A DNA stretch of 59,735 nucleotides from a virus (Duplodnaviria; Caudoviricetes), in the IMG/VR virus record IMGVR_UViG_3300008012_000002, positions 1-59,735 of that record. One strand, given 5' to 3'. Positions 18,681-29,633 of this stretch are shown here, piece by piece. Numbering within the stretch: the first letter of the stretch is position 1; every line of letters starts with the position of its first letter. The position numbers were made by a program, and so were the translations under genes. Below the pieces are notes generated by a model, which searched no databases, was not told where the DNA came from, and worked only from the letters and a program-made list of their open reading frames with translations.

Positions 18681-19787
18681 ATGGAAAATCAAGAAGTTAA
18701 CCAAGGTCAGGTGGAGGAAACCTCTAGCTTTAGCTTTGTTTCAGATCAAGAGGCCGCACAAGGTCTTTCAGGAGAAGCTAATCAAGAGGCCCCCCAAGTA
18801 GAAGAGCAGCCTGTTCAACAGGAAGCTCCCGTCCAACCAGAAGCGTCTGAGTTCGATGCTGTCCTAGGTGGTGAAATTACGGAACAACAAGGTCAAACCG
18901 AAACCGACGGTGGGTATGAGTACACGCCAGAGGAGATCGATGCTGCCGTTCAAATGTACCTCAGTGATAGACTGGGCATGGACATCAACAGCTACGAAGA
19001 TCTCCAAGGTGGAGGAGGTTATGAGGACGAGCGTATTCAGGCGATTGCTGAGTTCGTGTCCGACACTGGTAGAGACCCTAGCGACTGGTTTGCTTATCAG
19101 TCATTGAATCCAGATCAAATGGATGACATGACTGCTATTCAGGTTCAGATGGCGACGGACTACCCCAACCTTTCTCATCAGGAGATCGAGACACTTATGA
19201 ACAATAAGTACAAGATCGACGAGAATCTTCACACCGAAGAGGAGGTAAGACTTTCACAACTTCAGATGAAAATCGATGCTGAGAATGCAAGGAAGGTGGT
19301 CTCTCAATACAGAGAGAAGTACGCCGCTCCTGAAATTCCAGGTGGGCTTTCTGAAGAAGAGGCTGCAGTGGAGTTGGAGGCTATCCAGGATTGGACAGAC
19401 CAAAACCTCGAAGGTATTCAAGATTTGCGCGGAGTCGAATTTGACCTCGGCAATGGGAACAGCTTCAGGTTCGGACTGTCAGATCAATACAAGACTAATC
19501 TTGGACGGCGGAGTATCGACATTGACGGCTACTTTGATCAGTACATTTCTGAAGACGGTTCATTTGATCATGACACGTTTAATGTTCACAGGTCCGTTGT
19601 TGACAACATCGACAACATTGTTCAGTCAATCTACAAGCAAGGTCTTGCAGATGGACAGAGAGGACTGGTGAATCAGGCAGCGAACGTCAGAGTCAATACA
19701 CCTCAAGGAAACGTACAACCCCAAGAGGATTCACTCACCGCTCAACTTAGAGAAGCGATGGGTGGTAATTCCGCTTGGTCTTTTTAA
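18681..19787 (+). CDS. Capsid scaffolding protein (putative)
   Basis: Acidic protein with a disordered N-terminus directly upstream of the capsid gene. Confidence 0.65.
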   Translation: MENQEVNQGQVEETSSFSFVSDQEAAQGLSGEANQEAPQVEEQPVQQEAPVQPEASEFDAVLGGEITEQQGQTETDGGYEYTPEEIDAAVQMYLSDRLGMDINSYEDLQGGGGYEDERIQAIAEFVSDTGRDPSDWFAYQSLNPDQMDDMTAIQVQMATDYPNLSHQEIETLMNNKYKIDENLHTEEEVRLSQLQMKIDAENARKVVSQYREKYAAPEIPGGLSEEEAAVELEAIQDWTDQNLEGIQDLRGVEFDLGNGNSFRFGLSDQYKTNLGRRSIDIDGYFDQYISEDGSFDHDTFNVHRSVVDNIDNIVQSIYKQGLADGQRGLVNQAANVRVNTPQGNVQPQEDSLTAQLREAMGGNSAWSF

Positions 19788-19812
19788 GAACAAACAATAA
19801 CAACTAGAAAAA

Positions 19813-21150
19813 ATGGCAACATTTGGAGGAAATAGAGGTAGCAACGCGACAAGCAAGCCACCTCTGTCAAAAACAACTCCAGACAGATACGTCGCTCTCG
19901 GCGATCTTTTGGATTACAACAAGCCCGACAACAGAGATCTGTTGATCAAAACTTTCGGTGATCAGGGCATCACTGGTTTCTTGAAGCTCACTGGTGCTGT
20001 CCGCAGCGCTGGCGTTGCTGACGAAGTTCAGTACTGGGAAGAAGGTAGATTGCATAAGTCAATCACTGCCACTTTGCCAGTTATCTCTACCGCAGACACT
20101 GCAGTTACTATGTCTGGTATCACGGCTGGAGAAATTAGACCTAACGATGTTTTGTTGGGTGGTAGCGGTGTGAGACTGTTGGTTGCTGAGTACCTCGGCT
20201 CTACTACAGCTTCTGTCAGAACTTTGGACGGTAGCACTGCTGCTGTTCAGAACGGAGGCAACTTCTCAATCATCGGTAACTTGTACGCTCAGGGTACAGA
20301 TCAGCCTGATTCTTTCTTGCAGACTGACGTAGAAAAGCGCGCCAACCCATTCATGATCGTTAAGGACACCTACCACGTCAACGGTTCACAGGCGACTAAC
20401 ATCGGCTGGATCAACGTTGGTAACGGTGACTACAGATGGTACGTGAAGGGTGAGATGGATACTCGTAAGAGATTCCTCGACCAGCGCGAAATGATGATGA
20501 TCTACGGTCAGAAGAACGATGGCACTGCTGGTCAGCAGAACAGCATTCCAGGATCTGAAGGCTACTTTGCAGCGATTGAAGACAGAGGTATTGTTTCTTC
20601 GGGCACCAGCTTTGGCAACTTTAGCGACATGGATGAAATCATCCTCGAACTCGACAAAGAGGGCGCTCCTTCTGAGTACGCTATGTATGTGAATAGAGCA
20701 ACAGCTTTGGCTATCGACGACATGGTTGCCCAAGGACCTGCTGGAACCGCAACTACTGCTGGCTTGGCTGGTAAGTTCGGTGCATTCCAAAACAGCCCAG
20801 ATATGGCAGTTCAGCTCGGTTTCCAATCATTCACTCGTGGCGGGTACACCTTCCACAAGCACGACTGGAAGCTGTTGAACGATCCTACCTTGGGTGCGTT
20901 GAACGGATACCACAAAGGTGTTTTGTGCCCAATGTCTCAAGTTGCTGACGCAAAGACTGGTGTTAAGTCTCCAGCTTTGGAGATGAACTTCAAGGAGACT
21001 AACGGCTACAGCAGAGAGTTGGAGCACTGGGTTGAAGGCGGCGGCGTCCTCGGCTACAAGACCAACGGCGAAGACAAGGCTAAGTTCCACTACCGTTCGG
21101 AGTGCAACTTGATCACTCGTGCTGCAAACCAGCACGTCTTGTTGAGATAA
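19813..21150 (+). CDS. Major capsid protein
   Basis: 445 aa, strongly biased codons, follows the scaffold gene and precedes a terminator; W.EEGRLH and GF..F.RG.Y.F...DWK.LND motifs. Confidence 0.85.
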   Translation: MATFGGNRGSNATSKPPLSKTTPDRYVALGDLLDYNKPDNRDLLIKTFGDQGITGFLKLTGAVRSAGVADEVQYWEEGRLHKSITATLPVISTADTAVTMSGITAGEIRPNDVLLGGSGVRLLVAEYLGSTTASVRTLDGSTAAVQNGGNFSIIGNLYAQGTDQPDSFLQTDVEKRANPFMIVKDTYHVNGSQATNIGWINVGNGDYRWYVKGEMDTRKRFLDQREMMMIYGQKNDGTAGQQNSIPGSEGYFAAIEDRGIVSSGTSFGNFSDMDEIILELDKEGAPSEYAMYVNRATALAIDDMVAQGPAGTATTAGLAGKFGAFQNSPDMAVQLGFQSFTRGGYTFHKHDWKLLNDPTLGALNGYHKGVLCPMSQVADAKTGVKSPALEMNFKETNGYSRELEHWVEGGGVLGYKTNGEDKAKFHYRSECNLITRAANQHVLLR

Positions 21151-21166
21151 TTCGACTATCAGGAAT

Positions 21167-21200
21167 GGGGAGGGGAACGGCCTCTCCCCCTTTCTTTTTC
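21167..21200 (+). terminator. Rho-independent terminator after the capsid gene
   Basis: GGGGAGGGG/CCTCTCCCC hairpin followed by TTTCTTTTT. Confidence 0.8.
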
Positions 21201-21218
21201 ATTTAATTCTATTTAATC

Positions 21219-22022
21219 ATGAGCAACACAACATCAAAGCGCGGTCGCCCCGCTAAAGAGGCGGCACCACAAACCCCCACAAAATCTTTTAAGATTAAGC
21301 GTGAGGAAAAAGTCCCAACCGTAACAGAGTACAGGTGTAAAAACGGAGGAAACACTTTTCTTCTTAAGGCTAGAGGGGTTGTTGTTTGGGACGAAGAGGC
21401 TGGGTACAACAGAGAAATCAGATATTGTGAATCTGAAAGAAGCATCTACGTTGACGAGCAATCTCCAAGAGCTGTTAAATCCCCAGTGGTATTTAGGCTT
21501 GGGGTTCTTATTGTTGGCGAAAGACAATCAACCCTTAGAGACTTTCTTGACGCACACCCAGAAAACGAATCTAATGGAGGTAGAGGGTTTTACAAGGTGA
21601 AGGCAAACAAAGAGGTTGTAGAGAAGAACATCAAGAAAGAGTTCGCCGTCATGGACGCAATCGGTCTGCTTAGAGAGAAGTCATTGGATGACCTCCTTGC
21701 TGTAGCCATTTCATTCGCTATTGACATCGACAGATCTGTAGACGAGATCAAGTACGACCTTCTTCAAAAAGCTAAGAGAAGCCCAAAGACTTTTATCGAG
21801 GCGTTTGACAACCCCGTCGTTCAGATGAAAGCTAAGATCAAGCAAGCCGAATCCTTGAACATCATTAAACTTTCAGGAGATGGTGTCAAGTGGTTTGATA
21901 CAAACAAGCTCATCGTGTCGGTTCCAGCAGGAATGGATCCCATGGATGTGTTTGTACGGTACTGTCTTACGGAAGCGGCTGCACCAACGGTTGCTGAGAT
22001 GGAAAGACAACTCCAGTCGTAA
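21219..22022 (+). CDS. Conserved hypothetical protein downstream of the capsid gene
   Basis: 267-aa ORF between two terminators. Confidence 0.8.
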   Translation: MSNTTSKRGRPAKEAAPQTPTKSFKIKREEKVPTVTEYRCKNGGNTFLLKARGVVVWDEEAGYNREIRYCESERSIYVDEQSPRAVKSPVVFRLGVLIVGERQSTLRDFLDAHPENESNGGRGFYKVKANKEVVEKNIKKEFAVMDAIGLLREKSLDDLLAVAISFAIDIDRSVDEIKYDLLQKAKRSPKTFIEAFDNPVVQMKAKIKQAESLNIIKLSGDGVKWFDTNKLIVSVPAGMDPMDVFVRYCLTEAAAPTVAEMERQLQS

Positions 22023-22043
22023 GACGAATACATACAGTGAATT

Positions 22044-22072
22044 AGCCGTCCATAGGGCGGCTTTTTCTTTTT
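22044..22072 (+). terminator. Rho-independent terminator
   Basis: AGCCGTC-CATA-GGGCGGCT followed by a T tract. Confidence 0.75.
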
Positions 22073-22085
22073 GTATATTTGCGCT

Positions 22086-22838
22086 ATGGCCAGTGTAAAA
22101 CTTGTATACGAAACACTTGCTGATCTGGTAAACAAGGATGTAAACGGATTCATTGCCCCAGCTCAGTTTAACAACTACGCACAGCTTGCTCAACTGAAGA
22201 TCTTCAACAGATTGTTTGGGCAGCTGAAGATGGCGCAGCAAGCGCTAAAGGGTGGGTTGGATAGAGGTAGAGATAAGAGTAGGGTAAAGCAGATCGAGGA
22301 AGACCTCGCTTTCTTTGCCAAGACGTCAGACACTCTTACGAGAGATAGCAGCACAAATGACTTCCTTAAGCCTGATGACCTGTCCAGAATCATCAGCATC
22401 ACTACTTCTGGGGATATCCTCCTCTCGTCTTCTACTAGAACCCCTGTTGAGATTATCTACGACGAAGAGAAGATTGAGAGAATCTTGCTTAGCGACATCA
22501 GCAAACCCACAGAGACTTACCCTGTAGCGCTGGTGTCAGACAACATCGAGGTATATCCAGAGGCTGTTAAGAAGATTAGGGTTAGGTACTACAAGATCCC
22601 TCAGGGCATCAATATCGGAACGGGAGCCAGAACAGCTTCCCCACCTACGTTTGGGTATACTACGGTCAATGGTAACGCTATCTACGCTCAGTCAAGCTCT
22701 ATAGACTTTGAGCTTCCAGACCACTATGCCAATGAGTTGGTCATGGAGATCGCTGAGATGGCAGGTCTGACCCTGAGAGATCAGGCGGTGATGGGTGCGG
22801 CAGCACAGGAGGGTAATCAACTTAACGCTGAGAAGTAA
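22086..22838 (+). CDS. Head-tail adaptor / tail ring protein (putative)
   Basis: NK...G.I.P..FN..A..AQ and DFELP motifs; ATG 4 nt after TATATTTG. Confidence 0.6.
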   Translation: MASVKLVYETLADLVNKDVNGFIAPAQFNNYAQLAQLKIFNRLFGQLKMAQQALKGGLDRGRDKSRVKQIEEDLAFFAKTSDTLTRDSSTNDFLKPDDLSRIISITTSGDILLSSSTRTPVEIIYDEEKIERILLSDISKPTETYPVALVSDNIEVYPEAVKKIRVRYYKIPQGINIGTGARTASPPTFGYTTVNGNAIYAQSSSIDFELPDHYANELVMEIAEMAGLTLRDQAVMGAAAQEGNQLNAEK

Positions 22839-23662
22839 TGGCAAGAAACTACATTGATATCAATAAGGTGGTGAACGACTTTATCGTTACCATGGATGGG
22901 GATGATTATGTATCTGAGGTGTCGGACAATGCCATCAGATCCTTTGCGCTTAGAGGGGTAAGGGATATGGGGTTCGATATGCTGAAGGTTGTGAGATCGA
23001 TTAAGCTTCCCGTTGAGTCGAACAATACTGTCACATTGCCAGACGATTACGTGGCCTGGACCAAGATTGGCACGGTCGGTAGCGATGGCATTGTTTATGT
23101 GATGGGTGAAAACAAAAACATCAACATGTCTCAGAAGTACTCTGAGATCAGCAACAACAAATACGATACCGACGGAGACGGTCTCTTCGAGAGAGAAGAC
23201 TCTAAGTCTGCTACTTCGGGTGGATCGCCCATGGCTGACTCTGGTATCACTGACGGTATGAACAGCTACCTGTTCAGAAACTACATCCACGGATCTGACT
23301 CTGGGGGATTGTACGGTGTCGGTGGTGGTCACTACTACGGTGAGTTCAGAATCAATGATGATCAAAACAGAGTAGAGCTCAAGGTCAAGAACGACATCAA
23401 AGAAATCGTTATGGAGTATGTGGCTGACGAGGCTAGATCTTCTAACCCTCGCGTTCACATCTTCGCAGAAGAAGCACTCAGGGCTTACATCTACTACAAG
23501 CTCATCGAAAGAAAGTCAAGCGTTCCTGGAGGGGAGAAGCAGAGAGCACGAGCTGAATACTACAACGAAAGAAGATTGGCCAACTCTAGAATCAACTCAT
23601 TCACAAAAGAAGAACTGCTTAAGACGATTAGAAAGAATACAAAGCAATCACCTAAAGCATGA
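22838..23662 (+). CDS. Tail ring/tubular protein (putative)
   Basis: LPDDYV.W.KI motif; lies between the adaptor and the large tail protein. Confidence 0.6.
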   Translation: MARNYIDINKVVNDFIVTMDGDDYVSEVSDNAIRSFALRGVRDMGFDMLKVVRSIKLPVESNNTVTLPDDYVAWTKIGTVGSDGIVYVMGENKNINMSQKYSEISNNKYDTDGDGLFEREDSKSATSGGSPMADSGITDGMNSYLFRNYIHGSDSGGLYGVGGGHYYGEFRINDDQNRVELKVKNDIKEIVMEYVADEARSSNPRVHIFAEEALRAYIYYKLIERKSSVPGGEKQRARAEYYNERRLANSRINSFTKEELLKTIRKNTKQSPKA

Positions 23663-26600
23663 TCGATAGAATCATTCCTAGATTCCTTGCATCCGACAAG
23701 GATCAAAGGTTCACCGACGAAGGCGTCATGGTGGAGGCTAGTAACGTCACCCTTACTGAGGCTGGCGAGAAGTCTGGAAACATCCTTAAGAACTCAAAGT
23801 CTAACGCAGCCATTCCCCCCGATTCAACAGCCTTTGTTGCGCTGGACAGCGGAGGCAACCCAGAGGATGTAAAGATCATCGGATCTATCGAGGATGACAA
23901 GAACAATCACGTGTACTTCTTTGTGGCTTCAGAAGCTACCGATACCATTGAAGGTGAAGATGATCACACTGTGTTTTCTGCCATCTACAGGTATGAGCTT
24001 TCTACTCTTGAATACACCCTCATTCTTAACAACGTACACCTTAAGTTTGATTCCAACTCCTTCGTTAAGGCGGATATCATTCATGGTACGTTTGGGGAGA
24101 ACATAGATGAGAATCCACTTATCTATTTCACAGATAACATCAACCCACCTAGAAAGATAAACGTAGATAGGGCTCTCAACGGAGAGTACAATCAAACCAC
24201 TAGGGAGGATTTTAACTTTGCTGTTTCTGTAATGAGAGCAGCTCCGACCAAGGCTCCAACAATATCTTTTGAATCCGATGAGACTGTAACGGTAAATTCC
24301 ATTGACGGAAATTTCTTTCAGTTCGCAACTCAAATCATTTACAGCGACGGAGAAGAATCTGCGGTGGGGCCGTACTCTGAAATTGCTATTTGTAGGCCGA
24401 CTTTTCTCAACGCTCTCACTTCCACCTCTGGTCAGAACTTCGGTGTTGAAAGGCTGGTTGACAATGTAATCATAGTTGACCTCAATGTCGACCTGACAAT
24501 TCCTGGGATCGACAAGATTAACGTCCTTTGCAGAAACGGAAATGACTCAAACTGGTTTATATCTGACTCGTTCAAACCCTATGCAGATGTAAAGAGAAAC
24601 ATTTCTGGGCAGGAGAAAAATATCTTCGAGGCTGGTAGTAATAGGTATAAATTTTACAACGATACCATTGGGGCTATGGTACCCCCAGTAACTACACAGA
24701 AGAGCTACGACAACGTTCCTCTCAAGGCTCGCGGTCAAAGCATCGTTAAGAACAGACTGTTCTACTCAAACTACGAGGAGGGGTTTGGAAACGTAAACGC
24801 TGGTGAAGTTAAGATTGAGGCCAAGTATTCCGATCAAACTGCTTCATCGAGCGAGGCCTTTCCATCTTCTGTCTGGGACGCCTTGATTGAGCAGGGAAAC
24901 TGTGGAACAGATCCTATCGGAGCCAACACTGATATCGTAATTGATCTTTCTGAGGGTAACGGATATACAGATGAAAACACTTCTGTAGGTGCGGGGACTA
25001 AGTACAACATTTCTTTTAAGTGGGCGCCATCCGCTTCAGTTACTCTTGACAACATATCCAACGACGACGTTTACCTTAAGTATGAGTTCCCTATTACATA
25101 CAGAAACGAAGTTTTTGACGACCAAGGCGACCTTACGGGTATGTCTCAAGAGTATGACCTTGGGACTATAGATATGAGTGTTGCAGGCACGACGAATCTT
25201 TACTATTCGGAGCAGACGGATATTAACGATTTTCTCGACGTTAACCTGAACACAAATCAAACTCCTTTTGTCCCGAACAAGAGGAAAAGATATTCGTTTT
25301 CATACACTCAGTCTACGGACGGGAACTTGGGGGATGTCGCTATTGGTTTGAGGAACGCTATTAACGATTCAGACCTTAGGGTAAAGTACTCTTACTTGAT
25401 GCCAGTTACTTTTTCCCATGTCGACGACCCAGGCTTTAGCTTCGCCTTCACTAACGATACGCTTTCGTCTCAAAGCCAAAACATATATGGGGACTTTGAC
25501 ACTGAGATTAAAGCTCTTGCATCTCAGCACAAGGTTGTTGTCACTTGGAATTTCGAGGTGGTTGTAAATGACGTTGAGATTTGTCTAAAGCCATACATCG
25601 AGGACATTGAGATGGATCGATGGTTCAAGAATTACACAGGAGGCGGTGCACCTTTAGAGGGAGGTCCGACGGCAGTGACGGGGGTACAGTGGGATGGATC
25701 TAGTCTCATCACAGGAGATGCGTTTAGCGGTCCTGGATCGCTCGGAAATGTAACTATAAACACCTCTTTCAATCCAAGTACTATGTACACTAATGGGGGC
25801 TTTTCAACTCCAACCCCAGTAGCTGGGTCTAGGATCTACATTAAGCAACCTGTATTTACGTTTATCCCCACGTCAAACGATCAAGAGGACTTAGAGTACG
25901 CCTCCCTGGGTAGCACGGTAGACATTGCAAGCAGATCAGCGTCTGCTGTAAATGTCTCAATTACACCCACTTTTAAGGCAGGGTCTACGCATAGCTTCGG
26001 GATTGTATACTACGATGCTTACGGAAGGCACGGGTTTGTAAATCCTATTGGATCTATGTATGCTAAGTACCCTAACGAAAGGGGGACGCCACAAGCTCAG
26101 GCAGGTGGTGAATACTTATCCATTGGAGCAAAAGAAGGTGTCGTATCTGCGAAGTTTGAGTTTAGTGAATATGACTCTCAGGGGCTTGGTGGCCTTGGAT
26201 CTTATCAAGACTACCTACAGCCACCCAGCTGGGCAAAGTCTTGGCAGATTGTTTATGGTGGGAGTAACCTTCAAACAAACTTTATTCAGTACGAAGCTTT
26301 CTCTGCCTACCCAGAACTAAAGATTTACAGCGCAACCTCAGGAGCCAACCCTCCGCTCATCAAGGAGGTGAATGAGGAAACCATGCGTATTTATGTTAGG
26401 CTTGAAAACCTAAACGAATATCAAAGAGAAAGGGGGGTTTCAAAAAGCTATTCATTTACTAAAGGGGATAAGCTTAGAGTCATCAAGTATAAGGAGTCAG
26501 AGAACATGGAAGGCACGAATGACTTCGTGTTCCCCACCGCTAATGATGGATCTCTTGTAGAGTTTGACGTTGTCGGCAATGCAATCCTCACAAGAAGCTT

Positions 26601-28629
26601 AGACAATCCTATTGATCCTGGAACTACCGACGCCACCTTGAATAACGAGGGCAAGTACGAGGGAGAGTTTATCATCCTCGAATCCCCAAGGATAAACACA
26701 GGACTGACCACAGAGATTAGCGGCTCGACTGTCCCCCTTAAATATGTTGGGTTCGACTGGCAGTCTGTAGCTAAGTTTCACAACCCTAATGACACCTTCT
26801 ACTATCAGGACGCAGACACTACGGTCGCTTCAAACACCTTCAGGTGGGGGAGAAGAACCATTGTTGATATTGTAACACCAACCAAGAACACCGCAGAAAA
26901 AATCTACTACGAGATTGGTACTGGAGGTAAGGTGGTGAAGTACAACGAGGCTTTCACGGAGCAAAACGCAAGGGGTTCAGGGGTTTTGAATAACCACGGA
27001 CTGAGCGGACAGAATGGAGAGCTAATAACAAACAATGGTGACGCATGGTTTAGACCTGTAGCCATGAAAGGTCCTAAGTGGTACGACCCCACCGATGGCG
27101 ACCATACGTGGTCTGGAATCATTGGAGGTTCGTTTAACTACACCACTAGAATGAATGAGCCTGATAAGCTGTCTGTCTACACAACTCAGATCGTAGAGGA
27201 TAGCTCCCTTACAGATAAGATTGCATCTAAGTCTTGGAACAAGGGTAGGCCGCATGCTGTATACGCCAAAGCAAAACAAGTAAGGAGGTACAACTCCATT
27301 ACTTATAGCCAGGCGTATAACGTTGACGTTCAAGAACTTACGCTGTCTGACTTTAATGCTGGACTGGTAAACTACGCTGACTTGTCAAACAAGTACGGTG
27401 CGATCAACTACATAGGCAACTATGAGGATATGCTGTTTGCCGCTCAGGAAAACAAGGTTAGCATTACACCGATTGAAAGAGCAGTACTTAATCAGGCAGC
27501 AGGTGGCGATGGTGTTGTGAGTCTGTCCTCTGCGGTCATCAATGATGCCAACACAAACTACATGGCTGGTGACTGGGGCATTGGAGACAACCCAGAAAGC
27601 GTGCTCATTTACGACACGCAGATCTTCTTCGCTGACCCAAGCAGAGCTAGAGTGGTAAGACTCACTAGAGAGGGACTGAGCGCTATCTCAGACAAGGGAA
27701 TGTCTGAGGTGTTTAACGAGCAGTTTAGGACTTGGCTAAATAGTTCTCATGCCTTTAAGAGAGTCGTTAGCGGGTACGACCCCTCAGACAATGTATACTA
27801 CATCAGCCTTGTAAACCCATCAGCTTTTGGTGGGGGAAAGACTTATGGTTATGACGTACAGCGAGGCATTTGGCAATCCGAGTACAGCTTCGTCCCAGAC
27901 CTATACTCAAGACAGAACGATGACATGTTCACGTTTAATCAGTCTGGACAGGAGCTTATGTGGGTTCACAACGTAACGAACGTAAGGAACAGATTCTATG
28001 GTGCGACGTATCAATCGAAGTTTAAGGTTGTGTCTAAGTACAACCCAAGCATGTCTAAGATTTACAAGGCGATTGGCATCAACGGGGGCACAGCCTTCGA
28101 CACTAGAATTACTTCATCTGTGGGGCATGACACTGGCACTGGATCATCTGTGATGCCAGCAGACAGCTACGCCCTCAGAGAGGGCCAACACTATAGAGAG
28201 ATTCCAGGAGACACATCAAACGTAGACTCTCAACACTACTTTGGAGTGGGCAAGTGCGAAAGTGTAAGTGGTAATTCTCTTATTATGGAGAACATTCAGG
28301 GTATGAGCATCCCCACAGGCTTGGTTTGTTTTTACACAGATGGATCCTCTCTTTCTACTGGAGGCTTCCTTAGCATTGTGGCTAGTGTGAATCATGAAAC
28401 CAACACAATAACAACATCAGGATCGCCCAATGGAGCGTTTGCTGGAAAGGAAGTGATTCTTGGTCTCAGCACCTTCCCAGAAGGCAACCCACAAGGCGCT
28501 AGAATCAGAGGCCACTATGTAGAGGTTGAGTTGGAATCACCTCTGCTCACTTCAGGAACTCCATTCGAAGTATATTCTATCGATCTAAACTATGAGAACT
28601 CAAGGCCGAATTACGCTTTAGGCCAATAA
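23659..28629 (+). CDS. Tail nozzle/stabilisation protein (P22 gp10-like)
   Basis: 1656 aa; YFTDNINPPRKIN, NRLFYSNY, FGIVYYD.YGR, GI..NPES and GYDP motifs of beta-propeller tail proteins. Confidence 0.7.
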   Translation: MIDRIIPRFLASDKDQRFTDEGVMVEASNVTLTEAGEKSGNILKNSKSNAAIPPDSTAFVALDSGGNPEDVKIIGSIEDDKNNHVYFFVASEATDTIEGEDDHTVFSAIYRYELSTLEYTLILNNVHLKFDSNSFVKADIIHGTFGENIDENPLIYFTDNINPPRKINVDRALNGEYNQTTREDFNFAVSVMRAAPTKAPTISFESDETVTVNSIDGNFFQFATQIIYSDGEESAVGPYSEIAICRPTFLNALTSTSGQNFGVERLVDNVIIVDLNVDLTIPGIDKINVLCRNGNDSNWFISDSFKPYADVKRNISGQEKNIFEAGSNRYKFYNDTIGAMVPPVTTQKSYDNVPLKARGQSIVKNRLFYSNYEEGFGNVNAGEVKIEAKYSDQTASSSEAFPSSVWDALIEQGNCGTDPIGANTDIVIDLSEGNGYTDENTSVGAGTKYNISFKWAPSASVTLDNISNDDVYLKYEFPITYRNEVFDDQGDLTGMSQEYDLGTIDMSVAGTTNLYYSEQTDINDFLDVNLNTNQTPFVPNKRKRYSFSYTQSTDGNLGDVAIGLRNAINDSDLRVKYSYLMPVTFSHVDDPGFSFAFTNDTLSSQSQNIYGDFDTEIKALASQHKVVVTWNFEVVVNDVEICLKPYIEDIEMDRWFKNYTGGGAPLEGGPTAVTGVQWDGSSLITGDAFSGPGSLGNVTINTSFNPSTMYTNGGFSTPTPVAGSRIYIKQPVFTFIPTSNDQEDLEYASLGSTVDIASRSASAVNVSITPTFKAGSTHSFGIVYYDAYGRHGFVNPIGSMYAKYPNERGTPQAQAGGEYLSIGAKEGVVSAKFEFSEYDSQGLGGLGSYQDYLQPPSWAKSWQIVYGGSNLQTNFIQYEAFSAYPELKIYSATSGANPPLIKEVNEETMRIYVRLENLNEYQRERGVSKSYSFTKGDKLRVIKYKESENMEGTNDFVFPTANDGSLVEFDVVGNAILTRSLDNPIDPGTTDATLNNEGKYEGEFIILESPRINTGLTTEISGSTVPLKYVGFDWQSVAKFHNPNDTFYYQDADTTVASNTFRWGRRTIVDIVTPTKNTAEKIYYEIGTGGKVVKYNEAFTEQNARGSGVLNNHGLSGQNGELITNNGDAWFRPVAMKGPKWYDPTDGDHTWSGIIGGSFNYTTRMNEPDKLSVYTTQIVEDSSLTDKIASKSWNKGRPHAVYAKAKQVRRYNSITYSQAYNVDVQELTLSDFNAGLVNYADLSNKYGAINYIGNYEDMLFAAQENKVSITPIERAVLNQAAGGDGVVSLSSAVINDANTNYMAGDWGIGDNPESVLIYDTQIFFADPSRARVVRLTREGLSAISDKGMSEVFNEQFRTWLNSSHAFKRVVSGYDPSDNVYYISLVNPSAFGGGKTYGYDVQRGIWQSEYSFVPDLYSRQNDDMFTFNQSGQELMWVHNVTNVRNRFYGATYQSKFKVVSKYNPSMSKIYKAIGINGGTAFDTRITSSVGHDTGTGSSVMPADSYALREGQHYREIPGDTSNVDSQHYFGVGKCESVSGNSLIMENIQGMSIPTGLVCFYTDGSSLSTGGFLSIVASVNHETNTITTSGSPNGAFAGKEVILGLSTFPEGNPQGARIRGHYVEVELESPLLTSGTPFEVYSIDLNYENSRPNYALGQ

Positions 28630-28648
28630 ACATTATATTTGCAAGACC

Positions 28649-29632
28649 ATGGCAATACCTATCTCAATGCTTGGATCTCTTGCGGGATCAGCAATCAACT
28701 ACTTTGGCCAGAGAAAAATGCTGAAGGATCAGACAGCGATGGCAGACGAAAGGTTTGCCGCCGCTCAAGCTGATGAAGCAGCAGCTCGGCAAGGACTAGA
28801 AACAACACAATACTCAGTAGACCCTGCTCTAAGATCGGCTTATGCCATGTCTAAGCAGGACCCAGCTGCTGACGCACTGAGAGCAAAACAGCAGAGGCAA
28901 GAAGCCGCTAGTATGGACGCTCTGAAAGCGTCTGGACCTAGAGGCTTGGCTATGCTCGGTCAAGTTACTGACGCTCAAGCAGATCAGAGGGCTCAGATCG
29001 AAGCAGACTCCTACGCTAGACAGCAGGCAGCTGCTCAAACATTTGGAACTCAGAGTCAACAGATCAGCAACATGAATGTCGGGGACAAAAGATCCTTGCT
29101 TGAGCATGACTTCGGTAGAGCTCAGGGTCAGTCGGACACCTATCAGGCCTACGGAGATCAGACCAAACTGGCAAACCAACAGCTTCTTTCAAACACGCTT
29201 AGCGGGTTGGCAAGCGATGTAATCCCTGGGGTTCTTGGTCAGGCTGGAATCACATCCATCGGCGGAACAAGACAGGCCAAGCACGGAGCTAAGGTTGAGT
29301 ATAAAAAGGGAGGAGAGTTCCCAGACCTTACTGGAGACGGAAAGACCACCATGGCAGACATTCTCAAGGGTAGAGGAGTCTTTGCTGGTGGAGGTATGAT
29401 GGGCGGCAATCCTTTTGAAGAAGGTGGTGAACTCCCAGGTGAGTTCTCTCACGACACCAACCCCATCTCTATCGCACGAGACGGAGATAAGGTGGCCAAG
29501 TATGAAGCCACTGGAGGCGAGACAATCCTCAACCCAGAGCAATCAGGAAAGATCGAAGTGCTCGCTTCGAAAGGAGACTCACCACTTCATCAGTATGTGA
29601 GAGACCTTTTCAGAAAATTCAATAGCAAGTAA
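28649..29632 (+). CDS. Internal virion/ejection protein (putative)
   Basis: Hydrophobic Gly/Ala N-terminus, Gln/Ala coiled coil, FPDLTGDGK.T.ADILKGRG motif. Confidence 0.6.
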   Translation: MAIPISMLGSLAGSAINYFGQRKMLKDQTAMADERFAAAQADEAAARQGLETTQYSVDPALRSAYAMSKQDPAADALRAKQQRQEAASMDALKASGPRGLAMLGQVTDAQADQRAQIEADSYARQQAAAQTFGTQSQQISNMNVGDKRSLLEHDFGRAQGQSDTYQAYGDQTKLANQQLLSNTLSGLASDVIPGVLGQAGITSIGGTRQAKHGAKVEYKKGGEFPDLTGDGKTTMADILKGRGVFAGGGMMGGNPFEEGGELPGEFSHDTNPISIARDGDKVAKYEATGGETILNPEQSGKIEVLASKGDSPLHQYVRDLFRKFNSK

Positions 29633-29633
29633 G